A DNA stretch of 47,685 bases. It comes from a virus. Lineage: Duplodnaviria; Heunggongvirae; Uroviricota; Caudoviricetes. The DNA lies in IMG/VR virus record IMGVR_UViG_2513237200_000007. One strand, written 5' to 3'. Numbering within the stretch: position 1 is the first letter of the stretch; each line of letters opens with the position of its first letter. Under the pieces are notes generated by a model that was not told the origin of the DNA, did not search any database, and saw only the letters and a program-made list of their open reading frames with translations. Of this stretch, positions 1 to 9,101 are shown piece by piece. A program made the translations under genes and the position numbers.

Positions 1-107
1 CTTGTTGTCTGATTATTGATTTTTCGCGAAACCATTTGATCATATGACAAGATGTGTATCCACCTTAACTTAATGATTTTTACCAAAATCATTAGGGGAT
101 TCATCAG
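1..107 (-). mobile_element. IS10 outside-end fragment; element continues beyond window start
   Basis: Positions 1-107 are identical to 19451-19557, the outside end and transposase 5' leader of the complete IS10 copy in the same orientation; the transposase ATG would lie just outside the window. Confidence 0.9.
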
Positions 108-169
108 CACTGCGCTTGAATTTATGGATTTCAAGAGTCATGCGTGTTAACTATTTGATAAATATTAAA

Positions 170-1465
170 TTAATTTTTCATTGCTTCGTTATGGGGCATG
201 GTTGGGGCAAACTCGCTTAACTGTGTATTTAACAAAGCTACCTGTGCATTATTGTTTTCAGACATCCATTTTCCGTATACCTGAAATACCATTTGCGCAT
301 CTGCATGGCCCATCTGGTTTGCTATAAATGCCGGGTTAGCACCAGCTGTCAGCGACCAGCAGGCATAAGTATGTCTCGACTGATATGATTTTCGATGGCG
401 GAGTCCGGCACGTTTTATCGCTGCGTCCCACATCTGCCTTATTGAGTCAACGGTAAAATGGTCACCATAATTTTTTACTCTCGCTGACACTTCAGGTTGA
501 AAAACAAAGGTGCATTTTTGTTTTTCTGTTCTGCCATACTCTCTGAGGTGAACATCAATGATATGCTCTTTGCTCAGTCTCGTTAATGTCATCTGACTCC
601 GGAGAGCGTCGATTGCTGGCTTAATAAGATGAATGACCCGATTGGTTCCCGCCTGTGTTTTTGGTACCGTGAAACGGTCTTTTGCTAAATTTCTCCTGAT
701 CATCATTGTTCCATTTTTCAGATCTATGTCCTCCCATCCAAGTGCACACAGCTCACCAGGGCGAACTCCAGTATAAACAGAAACACACCATAAATTTTTT
801 GCTTGCTGATTTCTGCACGCATCGATAAGACGGATAAATTCTTCCCGCGAAAGAGGATCCGGAATGGTTCTTGATTCCTTTAATGGCGAGATCCCCTTAA
901 ACGGATTATCTGCCAGGTAACCGTTATCAACACCAAACTGGAACACGGCGTTAAGATTTGTCATGTAATTATTTACAGTTACAGCCGATCTCCCTAGTTG
1001 TGTAACAATATAGTTACTTTTGGGGATCTGGTATCCAGTCAGTAACTCTTTACGAACCTCCAGTAATTTTTCTTTATTAATCGATGAGGCAAGATTTTTT
1101 TCACCGATTATGCTCAGGATATTTTTGATGACGGCACGGTATGTGTTGAGTGATGTTTTGGCGACTTCAGTTTCTTTCAGTGCCAGAAATTTTTCAGCCA
1201 GTTCTTTTATGGTTAAATCTTGTCGGGCCTCACCAAATTTTTCCAGATTGCGTGAGGAGGGAAACTGTTTTGCATAGTCGAAAACACCAGTTTTTATTGC
1301 GTAACAAACAGAGGAGCGTAGTTCACCTGCAACGCGCCTGTTTTTTGCTGTGTCAGGAACCCCCAGATTTTCCCTGACTCTTACGTCTTTATAAACAAAC
1401 CAGATACGTAATTTCCCTCCATGGTTTTCCACGCCTGTCGGATATTTCATTTCAACTTCTCTCAT
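170..1465 (-). CDS. int: phage integrase (tyrosine recombinase family)
   Basis: 431-aa ORF; C-terminal region has integrase-type R...HxxR...Y catalytic context (HADAQMVFQVYGKW, RHTYACW); sits at prophage edge next to an excisionase-like gene. Alternative start at Met6 (MKYPTG) possible. Confidence 0.9.
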   Translation of the reverse strand: MREVEMKYPTGVENHGGKLRIWFVYKDVRVRENLGVPDTAKNRRVAGELRSSVCYAIKTGVFDYAKQFPSSRNLEKFGEARQDLTIKELAEKFLALKETEVAKTSLNTYRAVIKNILSIIGEKNLASSINKEKLLEVRKELLTGYQIPKSNYIVTQLGRSAVTVNNYMTNLNAVFQFGVDNGYLADNPFKGISPLKESRTIPDPLSREEFIRLIDACRNQQAKNLWCVSVYTGVRPGELCALGWEDIDLKNGTMMIRRNLAKDRFTVPKTQAGTNRVIHLIKPAIDALRSQMTLTRLSKEHIIDVHLREYGRTEKQKCTFVFQPEVSARVKNYGDHFTVDSIRQMWDAAIKRAGLRHRKSYQSRHTYACWSLTAGANPAFIANQMGHADAQMVFQVYGKWMSENNNAQVALLNTQLSEFAPTMPHNEAMKN

Positions 1466-1484
1466 TAGTTAGTGTGGCTTTTAG

Positions 1485-1736
1485 TCAAGTAAGATGACGT
1501 CTTGGTCTCGCTGATGCCTGGCGCTCAATCCAGCGATCAATTTCTTCCAGGTTGTAAAAGCATGGACTGTTATCCCATGGCATACCGTCATGAGCGACAT
1601 GCTTATATTCCCTTCCTTCCATAAACGATTTTTCCCGGGCCTTTTTTAACGTACCTTTTTTTATTCCTTTCAGCGCAATTAACTGCTCTTCGGATACCCA
1701 TTTGCCGGGAGAGACAATCATGATTACTTCGCTCAT
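1485..1736 (-). CDS. xis: excisionase-like small DNA-binding protein
   Basis: 83-aa ORF immediately upstream of int on the same strand, 19-nt spacing; size and position typical of Xis. Confidence 0.6.
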   Translation of the reverse strand: MSEVIMIVSPGKWVSEEQLIALKGIKKGTLKKAREKSFMEGREYKHVAHDGMPWDNSPCFYNLEEIDRWIERQASARPRRHLT

Positions 1737-1808
1737 CGATTTCTTTATCTCTTACATCAGACGAGCGCCGGTTGCAGAATACCAGTCACAACCGGCGACA
1801 GTTGAACA

Positions 1809-4286
1809 TTAAGAATCAGCCTGACTCGGGATCAGTTTTTGCCAGATAACTGAAACGTATTTTGCCTGGTAACGGGCGTCATCAAGTGCATTATGGCGCT
1901 CACCTTCGAATGGAATAGCCGTTCTGGCATCGAAGTCTATGGCTTTCCCCAGCTCAACGATTGTGCGTACATCGCGATCGTTGTAGTAACGCCACGGGCA
2001 GGGGATCCCCTGCCGTTCGTATGAACGGCGCAAAATCGTGTTGTCGAAGTTGGCTCCATTTCCCCAAACCTGAACAAAAAATTCACCGGAGTTTTCGTCG
2101 ATAAATTCTCGCAATTGTAACAGTGCATCATCTAACGGGATTTCATCGGTCATAATGGCAGATTGCGCTTCGCGTGATTGCTTAAGCCACCATTTAATGG
2201 TGTCCCGATCAATGACTCCGCCAGCAGTTTCCAGATCGATAGTCTTACTAAATTCCGGTCCCATATCTCCGGTTTGCGGATCGAAAAATATTGCACCTAT
2301 TGAGATGATCGGGGCATCAGGATTTTTTCCCATGGTTTCAAGGTCGATCATTAGATGGTCACACGTCCTGCTGGTGGATGTGATTTCGTGATGACCGTTC
2401 ACCTTAATTGGGTGATCTGCCGTCTCGCCAGTTTCATTATCGCTATTGTGATGCTGATTGCCGCCAGTGTTCTCCTTGTGTGGATGTTCAGCGCCTTCCA
2501 TTTCCTCCGGATCATCTTCCTGAACTTCAACCTGATACTCTTCATCGAATGTTTCTTGGTATGTTGCGTCGCCCATCACCGCGCCACAATCAGGGCAGTT
2601 GCCGCCGCCGGTCTGACCGCAGGCGGTGCAGACTTTTTCCACTTCCTGTTGCGCTACTGGTTCAGGCTGTTTCGTTTCTGGCTCGTTTTGTAACGCATTT
2701 GGACTGTTTTGTTCCGCTTTTTGGTAGTTCCGTTCCGATTCATGCTGGTTCTGGTTCACAGAATCGCGGGTCTGGAGCCCCTTAACCCATTTCGGATCAT
2801 TCGGGTCACTAATCCCTTCAACAAATTCACCACGTGATGCAGCAAGCAACTTATCGGCGTCAGGCTGGCTGATATTGGCTGCCTGCATAATTTTGTTTAC
2901 TTCGTCAGCGGTAACTTTTATCGGCTCTGGTTGTTCTGAATCTTCAGCGGTATCTACATTTTGCGGTAAGCCCGTGTATGTGCCATTTTTTCGGGCAAAA
3001 TATTCTTCTTTTGTGATTTCAGTGGCGCCAGCAGCCAGTGCCTTATCCAGACCAGAGAGTTTGTTTGCGCGACCGTATTTTTCTCCGTCCTTATCTGCGA
3101 AGAGGAAATAGAACGGCCCCTCACGCTCTACAGATGGTTCAGCTTCCGGCGCGGTTTCATTTTTTGGGATATCAGATACCTCAGTTTCCACTGCATCAGT
3201 TTGTGTTTCTGATGACTGGAGAACATCAACAGTGCCCAGGTCTGTTTCTTCATTCTCAAACACGCCCTTTGTCGTCAGGTATTCGCAGATATATTTGTTC
3301 AGTGCTACGGGATCTTTGTGAATGTCGATCGGACGCTCACGGACAAGGCCAAAAATAGTTTGGCGGTCGTAGCGAAGGGCATCAGGCTGTTTGCGCATTG
3401 ATGCCGAGATACGCTTCCAGTCTTCGCGGTCGTTGTCGATAACTTCTTTTTTTGCCCAGCGATGGATGCTGCCGTCAATGTTTCCGGCATCCACATCACT
3501 AGGCCAGAGAGCGTAGGCCAGTTCGTCATCCAGTGTTTTCCATGTCTGCTTGTATTCGCGATGAATGGCAGCAATGACCGGGCTGATTTTTCCTGTTGAA
3601 TTTTCAGTGTACTGTTGATTGGCTCTGGCTCTGGCGCGGGCGAGATCAACAACAGACGTGTATTTTCCGGTTTCCTTGCGTTCACCTTCGCGACGTTTTT
3701 TCCAGATGCGCATCTCTGCCTGAATTTCGGGCCATTTAGCACCAGGAATACATTTATGCTTAACCCACCCAATGGCGTGCAACTTAAGCTCCGGATACAT
3801 GGCGTTAACTTCTGGCATTTTCATCAACGCTTCAACGATATGTCCGTCGAATGTTGCCATGTCTTCCTGCAACAATTCCTGTGCGCTAATAACCATATCA
3901 ACGGTGATGTTTTCACATGTGTCGAACTTAACCATGACAGCGTTCTGTACTTCAGGGGCCAGCTTGTCAAAAGTGACGTTCATCGGATCGGATTCAGTCT
4001 CAACCGGGACAAAAGAAGCAGACTCCTCATCCCAGCGGTTTTCCTGCATATATTCAGCATCCCATGAATCGAGGGCAGGGCGGGGTATGCCAGGTTTATC
4101 CTCGCAGACAATAAATTTATAAGCGCAGTCCTGAGCAGCCGGATAATGTTCCAGGAATTGCCAGTGAAATTTTGCTCGAGCACGGCGTTCGTCGCCAGCT
4201 TCAATGGCTGTGGCTACAGCCACAGCGCCTTCTTCCCTTGTTGCCAGTTCGTCAGGAATAGCGGCGCAAATAAAGACTTTACTCAT
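1809..4286 (-). CDS. RecE-like exonuclease (exodeoxyribonuclease VIII-like) with C-terminal DEDDh 3'-5' exonuclease domain
   Basis: Start taken at MSKVF (ATG 4284-4286) rather than track start 4322. C-terminus has DnaQ-like motifs (MIDLETMG ... WGNGANFD ... HNALDDA); central CxxC...CxxC zinc finger (CTACGQTGGGNCPDCG); acidic linker. Appears to be the intact form of the gene that is fragmentary (ydfE) in K-12 Qin. Confidence 0.8.
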   Translation of the reverse strand: MSKVFICAAIPDELATREEGAVAVATAIEAGDERRARAKFHWQFLEHYPAAQDCAYKFIVCEDKPGIPRPALDSWDAEYMQENRWDEESASFVPVETESDPMNVTFDKLAPEVQNAVMVKFDTCENITVDMVISAQELLQEDMATFDGHIVEALMKMPEVNAMYPELKLHAIGWVKHKCIPGAKWPEIQAEMRIWKKRREGERKETGKYTSVVDLARARARANQQYTENSTGKISPVIAAIHREYKQTWKTLDDELAYALWPSDVDAGNIDGSIHRWAKKEVIDNDREDWKRISASMRKQPDALRYDRQTIFGLVRERPIDIHKDPVALNKYICEYLTTKGVFENEETDLGTVDVLQSSETQTDAVETEVSDIPKNETAPEAEPSVEREGPFYFLFADKDGEKYGRANKLSGLDKALAAGATEITKEEYFARKNGTYTGLPQNVDTAEDSEQPEPIKVTADEVNKIMQAANISQPDADKLLAASRGEFVEGISDPNDPKWVKGLQTRDSVNQNQHESERNYQKAEQNSPNALQNEPETKQPEPVAQQEVEKVCTACGQTGGGNCPDCGAVMGDATYQETFDEEYQVEVQEDDPEEMEGAEHPHKENTGGNQHHNSDNETGETADHPIKVNGHHEITSTSRTCDHLMIDLETMGKNPDAPIISIGAIFFDPQTGDMGPEFSKTIDLETAGGVIDRDTIKWWLKQSREAQSAIMTDEIPLDDALLQLREFIDENSGEFFVQVWGNGANFDNTILRRSYERQGIPCPWRYYNDRDVRTIVELGKAIDFDARTAIPFEGERHNALDDARYQAKYVSVIWQKLIPSQADS

Positions 4287-4378
4287 TTGTTTTAACCTCA
4301 TGACAGATTTAAGGATGAACAAATCCCTGCCATTGCTGGCATATAAGAATGAAACCGGATATTTATTACGGAACTGTT

Positions 4379-4570
4379 TTAAAGACCTGCCGGGATTTCG
4401 ATATTATCCTGGTGAATAACTTTATCGACCGGGTAACAGTTACCGGGAATTTTCTGTTCGGTTGCTGCAGTCATACACTCCTGCATTGTCCTGTGAACAC
4501 TGACTGCAATATCAACTGGCTCTCCGGAAACAAGAAAAACTGTCAGAACAAGCACAAATGCTGAATTCAT
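4379..4570 (-). CDS. ydfD: YdfD-like small protein with N-terminal hydrophobic segment (lysis-associated in Qin)
   Basis: 63 aa from MNSAFVLVLTVFLVSG; its ATG (4568-4570) overlaps the dicB stop (4567-4569), the ATGA coupling seen in the Qin dicB operon. Confidence 0.75.
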   Translation of the reverse strand: MNSAFVLVLTVFLVSGEPVDIAVSVHRTMQECMTAATEQKIPGNCYPVDKVIHQDNIEIPAGL

Positions 4571-4755
4571 TGTGCACATCCTTTTGGCATCAGACGTAAA
4601 CGAGCCAGCATTGAAACAATGCATATTTTATTTAATAGCTCCCGTTCTTGTTTTCTCTTGTTAATGGCATCTTCAGTAAATACTGGGTTACTGATAGTGA
4701 CACCAATTTCAAAACAACCTTCAGACGTATTAACGTTTGGTAATAACGTTTTCAT
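4567..4755 (-). CDS. dicB: cell division inhibitor DicB
   Basis: 62 aa, MKTLLPNVNTSEGCFEIGVTISNPVFTEDAINKRKQERELL..., recognised as DicB from memory; SD GAGGA upstream; located immediately 3' of DicF on same strand. Confidence 0.8.
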   Translation of the reverse strand: MKTLLPNVNTSEGCFEIGVTISNPVFTEDAINKRKQERELLNKICIVSMLARLRLMPKGCAQ

Positions 4756-4924
4756 TATCGCGTCCTCAACAATGAATTTTGTGATGCAGTGCCTGGTGCC
4801 TCCAGGTGACGTTAACCAGTTAACAATTAACGCCGGATACAGAGAATCCACCCATAACACTGTTTTTGGTTTTAACTGTTCCGCGTGCGCTCAGCCGCAT
4901 TCACCACATCACAAAATTCACTTT

Positions 4925-4982
4925 AAAAAGGGCGGCAGAGCAGTCACGGAGTAAAACTGATACCGCCAAACGTCACCAGAAA
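4925..4982 (-). ncRNA. dicF: DicF small regulatory RNA (ftsZ-targeting sRNA) with intrinsic terminator hairpin
   Basis: Reverse complement of 4930-4982 reads TTTCTGGTGACGTTTGGCGGTATCAGTTTTACTCCGTGACTGCTCTGCCGCCC, matching DicF as I recall it; followed by a T-run; sits between ydfC and dicB as in Qin. Confidence 0.85.
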
Positions 4983-5322
4983 ATTGATAACAGAGGGCGT
5001 TGCAGCGGGGTTGTCACTTAAGCGTATGATCAACCTGACAACCCGGTGTCCTCAACGGGGAAGGAATAACCCCGCCATACTTACCGCCGCGCCATTTCGC
5101 GGGTTGCCACAACCGGAAGCGCACGGTCGACGAAAATTTAACGACAGGCTATCTATGAACCAGCTACCTCGCCGTGCGCTTTCGCGTTATGGTCTGACTT
5201 TTCAGGGAAATATCCTTTCAGTAAACTGTCAGTTCCGGATGCGCACCCGTGTCCGGCGCACGCACTCCACCTCACCCGTGGAGAACTCCTTAATTACTAA
5301 CCTTAGCTTTGTTGATTAGCTA

Positions 5323-5541
5323 CTAACGCGGGTATGTAATCATTCTGGCAATGCTTAATGCCGCTGCTTTTTCCAGATTGGTGATATCCTGCTCCAGAGC
5401 GGACAGATTTTCAGCCTGCTTAGCCCTGGCTTCATTAGCCCATTTCAGATCCTGCGCTGCATTAATTTTCTGGCGCATCCACTCATAAAGTTCATCATCG
5501 GTATAGTCTGGCGCGATGATGACGGGTTCTCGTTTCTGCAT
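5323..5541 (-). CDS. ydfC: YdfC-like protein
   Basis: 72-aa ORF in the dicA-distal operon, order and size matching ydfC of Qin. Confidence 0.7.
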   Translation of the reverse strand: MQKREPVIIAPDYTDDELYEWMRQKINAAQDLKWANEARAKQAENLSALEQDITNLEKAAALSIARMITYPR

Positions 5542-5570
5542 ACTGATTCCTCGCGGTGCTGTTTCGCTTA

Positions 5571-5699
5571 TCAGCCGTTAGATTTTGCCGAACTGGAAAG
5601 CGCCTGTTTAAACTCACTGAAGCTGAGAGCTTCTTCGCCTTCGGCAAGGCCTTCGAAGTATTCTTCGTAAGCCTTTTCCATGATTGTGTCGAAATCCAT
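5571..5699 (-). CDS. ydfB: YdfB-like small protein (42 aa; below ORF-track size cutoff)
   Basis: Hand translation of minus strand from ATG 5697-5699: MDFDTIMEKAYEEYFEGLAEGEEALSFSEFKQALSSSAKSNG, stop at 5571-5573; start is 2 nt after the ydfA stop, implying translational coupling. Confidence 0.6.
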   Translation of the reverse strand: MDFDTIMEKAYEEYFEGLAEGEEALSFSEFKQALSSSAKSNG

Positions 5700-5700
5700 A

Positions 5701-5856
5701 TCACTCACCTGAGTTTCTTTCCAGCCAGCGACGGGCACCATTTTCGGTTTTAAACGTTTTGCTTTTGGTATACGTCATTGCGGTGAACGTGCCGTCCTGG
5801 TTTGGAAACACGCCGTACACCAGAGATTCGTTGTTGCCAAGATCGATAGTATCCAT
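5701..5856 (-). CDS. ydfA: YdfA-like small protein
   Basis: 51 aa from MDTIDLGNNESLVYGVFPNQDGTF... (ATG 5854-5856); first gene downstream of dicA on the same strand. Confidence 0.7.
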   Translation of the reverse strand: MDTIDLGNNESLVYGVFPNQDGTFTAMTYTKSKTFKTENGARRWLERNSGE

Positions 5857-6022
5857 GCTGACCTCATTTCCCCTTAACGCTGGGGTAGCGGAACTGTTTG
5901 CTGAGAACACCGTGCGGTGTGTTGATGCAAACAAGATTAGCCATGACTAACATATCGGTCAAGTGATTTTGTATGCTATAGCTAACATAATTGATGTGGT
6001 AAAAGATAACTCATTGATGATG

Positions 6023-6430
6023 TTATCTTTTATTTGTCCGCTGACGGGCTTTTAGTAATTCTTCAAAGAGTTTATTGAAGTTTTTTACTCGAGCTCGCAT
6101 TTCGGCGAGCTGGGTATCCTGTTCTGATTCTGGCAGTGCATTAAACAGCTCAAGGAGCTCTAGTTCTTTGGGGGATAAGGCAACTGGCTTCTCAACAGGT
6201 GGTGTTGGTTGCTTGTCTTCATCGCCAAATAGAATCCATGTTGGTGAGCATTGCAATACTTTGCTGAGGGCAAAAAGGTTCTTCCCTGTAGGTTCACTAT
6301 CACCCCGTTCCCATTGTGATACAGACACATGGGAGATTTTCAGGGCTTTAGCAAGAGACCTTTGGGTGTGTTTGAGGTTTTTCCGACGATACCTGATGCG
6401 TTCGCCGATAGTTAAATTTTTTGTTTCCAT
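6023..6430 (-). CDS. dicA: HTH (XRE/cI-like) repressor DicA
   Basis: 135 aa, METKNLTIGERIRYRRKNLKHTQRSLAKALKISHVSVSQWERGDSEPTGKNLFALSKVL... with clear HTH_XRE motif; divergent from dicC. Confidence 0.85.
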   Translation of the reverse strand: METKNLTIGERIRYRRKNLKHTQRSLAKALKISHVSVSQWERGDSEPTGKNLFALSKVLQCSPTWILFGDEDKQPTPPVEKPVALSPKELELLELFNALPESEQDTQLAEMRARVKNFNKLFEELLKARQRTNKR

Positions 6431-6513
6431 AGTTAGCTAATGCTAAATCGTATTGACTATGTTTTTGTTAACATCTATCTTGTTAGTTATGACTAACAAT
6501 AAAGGTGTTTTAA
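6431..6513. promoter_or_regulatory. divergent dicA/dicC promoter-operator region
   Basis: 83-bp intergenic between divergently transcribed repressor genes; contains palindromes TTAGCTAA, GTTAAC and GTTAGTTATGACTAAC typical of repressor operators. Confidence 0.5.
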
Positions 6514-6744
6514 ATGCTTAAAACTGACGCTCTTTTGTATTTCGGTTCAAAAACAAAACTTGCACAAGCAGCAGGTATTCGTTTGGCTTCGCTTTATAGC
6601 TGGAAAGGGGATTTAGTTCCCGAAGGTCGCGCGATGCGTCTACAGGAGGCATCTGGCGGGGAGCTTCAGTATGATCCCAAAGTTTATGATGAATATCGTA
6701 AGACGAAGCGGGCGGGGCGGTTGAACAATGAAAATCACTCCTGA
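6514..6744 (+). CDS. dicC: Cro-like regulator DicC
   Basis: 76 aa, MLKTDALLYFGSKTKLAQAAGIRLASLYSWKGDLVPEGRAMRLQEASGG...; divergent partner of dicA. Confidence 0.8.
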   Translation: MLKTDALLYFGSKTKLAQAAGIRLASLYSWKGDLVPEGRAMRLQEASGGELQYDPKVYDEYRKTKRAGRLNNENHS

Positions 6745-7249
6745 ACAGGCTCGTGAGGCTCTGGATGCCTGGATATGTCGACCAGGAATGACACAGGAGC
6801 AGGCGACGATATTAATCACTGAAGCATTCTGGGCTTTGAAAGAGCGCCCGAACATCGATGTTCAGCGTGTCACATATGAAGGTGGCGCGATTGATCAGCG
6901 AGCGCTTGGCGTTAATCGAGTGAAGATATTTGAACGCTGGAAGGCTATCGACACCAGGGATAAGCGTGAAAAGTTCACGGCGCTAGTGCCTGCAATTATG
7001 GAGGCTATCCGGATTAATGATTTCAGGTTGTATCGTGAAATTACTGACGGAAAAAGCATCACGTGCATGATCGCCGGGTTAAACAAAGAATATGGCGATG
7101 TGGTGGAGTCCGGACTGCTTTTTGCTGATCCTGCCGTAGTGGATCGTGAAACTGACGAACTTATAGAAAAAGCAATTGCTTTCAAACTTGCGTATCGACA
7201 GCAATACCAACAAAAAGCTGGATGGAATTATGAGCCTTCTTTTTGCTGA
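6728..7249 (+). CDS. YdfX-like protein (intact form; CII-position regulatory or YdaT-like protein)
   Basis: 173-aa ORF overlapping dicC end by 17 nt; N-terminus MKITPEQAREALDAWICRPGMTQEQ... resembles the ydfX fragment of K-12 Qin as I recall it; function not established. Confidence 0.55.
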   Translation: MKITPEQAREALDAWICRPGMTQEQATILITEAFWALKERPNIDVQRVTYEGGAIDQRALGVNRVKIFERWKAIDTRDKREKFTALVPAIMEAIRINDFRLYREITDGKSITCMIAGLNKEYGDVVESGLLFADPAVVDRETDELIEKAIAFKLAYRQQYQQKAGWNYEPSFC

Positions 7250-8195
7250 ACGCCCACTGGTTATAAACACGCAGCTGGCAATGAAAATTGGCTTAAACGA
7301 AGCCATTGTTTTGCAACAACTGCACTACTGGTTGAGAGATACCAACTCCGGCATGGAATGTGATGGTGTTCGCTGGATTTATAACACAACGGAACAATGG
7401 CTGGAACAGTTCCCATTCTGGTCAGAGTCAACGTTAAAGCGCGCGTTTGCAAGTCTGAAAACGCTGGGGCTTTTGCGTTGTGAAAAGCTCAATAAATCAA
7501 AGCGCGATATGACCAATTTCTACACGATCAACTATGGGAGCGAGCTTTTAGATGGTGGCAAATTGAGCGAATCCATCGGTTCAAAATGCGCCGCTCCATC
7601 AGGTCAAAATGACACGATGGAAGAGGTCAAAATGAAACGCTCCATTGGTTCAAAACGACCCAATGTCATCGGGTCAAAATGGCCTGATGATCTTACAGAG
7701 AATACAACAGAGATTACTACAGAGAATAAAAACACTTTTCGTCCGGAAGCTTCGCAACCGGACCCGCAGACGACTGAACAGGATTTTTTAACCCGGAACT
7801 CCGACGCGGTTGTGTTTAGTGCGAAAAAACGCCAGTGGGGTAGCAGGGAGGATTTGGCGTGTGCGCAGTGGATCTGGGGGCGGATCGTGGGTCTCTACGA
7901 ACAGGCAGCCAGTGATGATGGCGAGATCATGCGACCAAAAGAGCCTAACTGGACTGCCTGGGCCAATGACGTGCGCACAATGCGGATGCTGGATGGCAGA
8001 AGCCACAGACAAATTTGCGAAATGTTTGGTCGGGTTCAGCGAGATCCATTCTGGGTAAAAAACATCATGAGCCCGTCAAAGCTCCGCGAAAAATGGGACG
8101 AACTGGTCATCCGCCTGGGACGTTCACCTGTACAGCGTTGTGTTAATCATATTTCTGAACCGGATACAGAAATTCCGCCTGGTTTCAGAGGATAA
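7230..8195 (+). CDS. phage replication initiation protein (O-like, N-terminal DNA-binding domain)
   Basis: Start at MSLLFAERPLVINTQLAMKIGLNEAIVLQQLHYWL (ATG 7230); contains an internal iteron array at the DNA level, as lambda O contains ori. Confidence 0.65.
   Translation: MSLLFAERPLVINTQLAMKIGLNEAIVLQQLHYWLRDTNSGMECDGVRWIYNTTEQWLEQFPFWSESTLKRAFASLKTLGLLRCEKLNKSKRDMTNFYTINYGSELLDGGKLSESIGSKCAAPSGQNDTMEEVKMKRSIGSKRPNVIGSKWPDDLTENTTEITTENKNTFRPEASQPDPQTTEQDFLTRNSDAVVFSAKKRQWGSREDLACAQWIWGRIVGLYEQAASDDGEIMRPKEPNWTAWANDVRTMRMLDGRSHRQICEMFGRVQRDPFWVKNIMSPSKLREKWDELVIRLGRSPVQRCVNHISEPDTEIPPGFRG
7571..7681 (+). repeat. five direct iterons with about 23-bp periodicity inside the replication gene, followed by an AT-rich stretch (putative ori)
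   Basis: Cores GGTTCAAAATG (7578), GGTCAAAATG (7602), GGTCAAAATG (7625), GGTTCAAAACG (7648), GGGTCAAAATG (7671); followed by AT-rich 7683-7745. Confidence 0.6.
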
Positions 8196-8235
8196 GTGTT
8201 GATTTCAGGTCATGAGGTAATTTTAAGGGGGACTT

Positions 8236-8658
8236 GTGGCAAAAGTTTTTACACAAGAAGAGCGGGAAAAAATTAAATGGCAGGTGGTGGAACTCGTGCG
8301 CCAGAGCGGCCGTGAGACGTTACGGCAACTGGAAGCTAAAACAGGTGCGACTAGATATCTGATGAGCGTTCTTGCCAGAGAGCTGGTAGCCAGTGGCGAT
8401 GTATACAACTCCGGCTACGGGTTATTCCCCTCTGAACAGGCGCGTAAGGACTGGCAAAACGCCCGCAAAAAACTCTCGAGGGCAAAGGTGAAGAAACCTG
8501 CTGTGGTTGATCCGGACCTTATCTGGTCATCACCTGACGGAGAAATACGTCGCTACGACAGTCGCCTAAACATAATCTGTCGCGAGTGCCGGAAGAGCGA
8601 AGTTATGCAGCGCATACTGGCTTTCTATCAGGGTAATTTTCAGGACGTGGCGCAGTGA
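8236..8658 (+). CDS. hypothetical protein (GTG start), translationally coupled to the downstream methyltransferase remnant
   Basis: 140-aa ORF with strong SD AAGGGGG 4-5 nt upstream of GTG 8236; stop overlaps the GTG of the next ORF (GTGA). No recognisable motif beyond a C-terminal CxxC. Confidence 0.5.
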   Translation: MAKVFTQEEREKIKWQVVELVRQSGRETLRQLEAKTGATRYLMSVLARELVASGDVYNSGYGLFPSEQARKDWQNARKKLSRAKVKKPAVVDPDLIWSSPDGEIRRYDSRLNIICRECRKSEVMQRILAFYQGNFQDVAQ

Positions 8659-9101
8659 GTGCACCGGCAACCATTCTTGATATGTGCTGTGGCAGCCGCA
8701 TGTTCTGGTTCGATAAGTCTGACGAACGGGCGATATTCAGCGATATCAGAAAAGAAGGATACACATTACGCAATGGGAGACGCTTGATTATCAGCCCTGA
8801 CATTATCGCAGATTTTCGTGCATTATCATTTGCAGACGCATCTTTTTCGATGGTTGTATTAGACCCTCCGCATCTTGAGAGTGTTGGTGATAACGCCTGG
8901 ATGGGAAAGAAATATGGACGGCTGAATAAAGATGCCTGGCGTGATGATTCGCGACAGAGATTTAAAGAAGCCTTTCGGGTGTTGAGGCCGCACGGCGTTC
9001 TGATTTTTTAATGGAATGAAACGCAAATACCGGTAAGCCAGATTCTGGCACTGACAGACAGAAAACCTGTTATCTGTCAACGAACAGGGAAAAAACGATA
9101 A
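8655..9101 (+). pseudogene. DNA methyltransferase remnant, truncated by in-frame TAA at 9009-9011
   Basis: N-terminal SAM-binding-like LDMCCGSR and catalytic-like VLDPPH motifs within 118 aa, then TAA; frame stays open a further 29 codons to the stop at 9099-9101; too short for a functional MTase. Confidence 0.45.

Noticed and set aside
4984-5319. 111-aa plus-strand ORF between dicF and ydfC
   Set aside because: It lies antisense within the untranslated precursor region of the ydfABC-dicF transcript; the product is Arg-rich and not protein-like; no SD.
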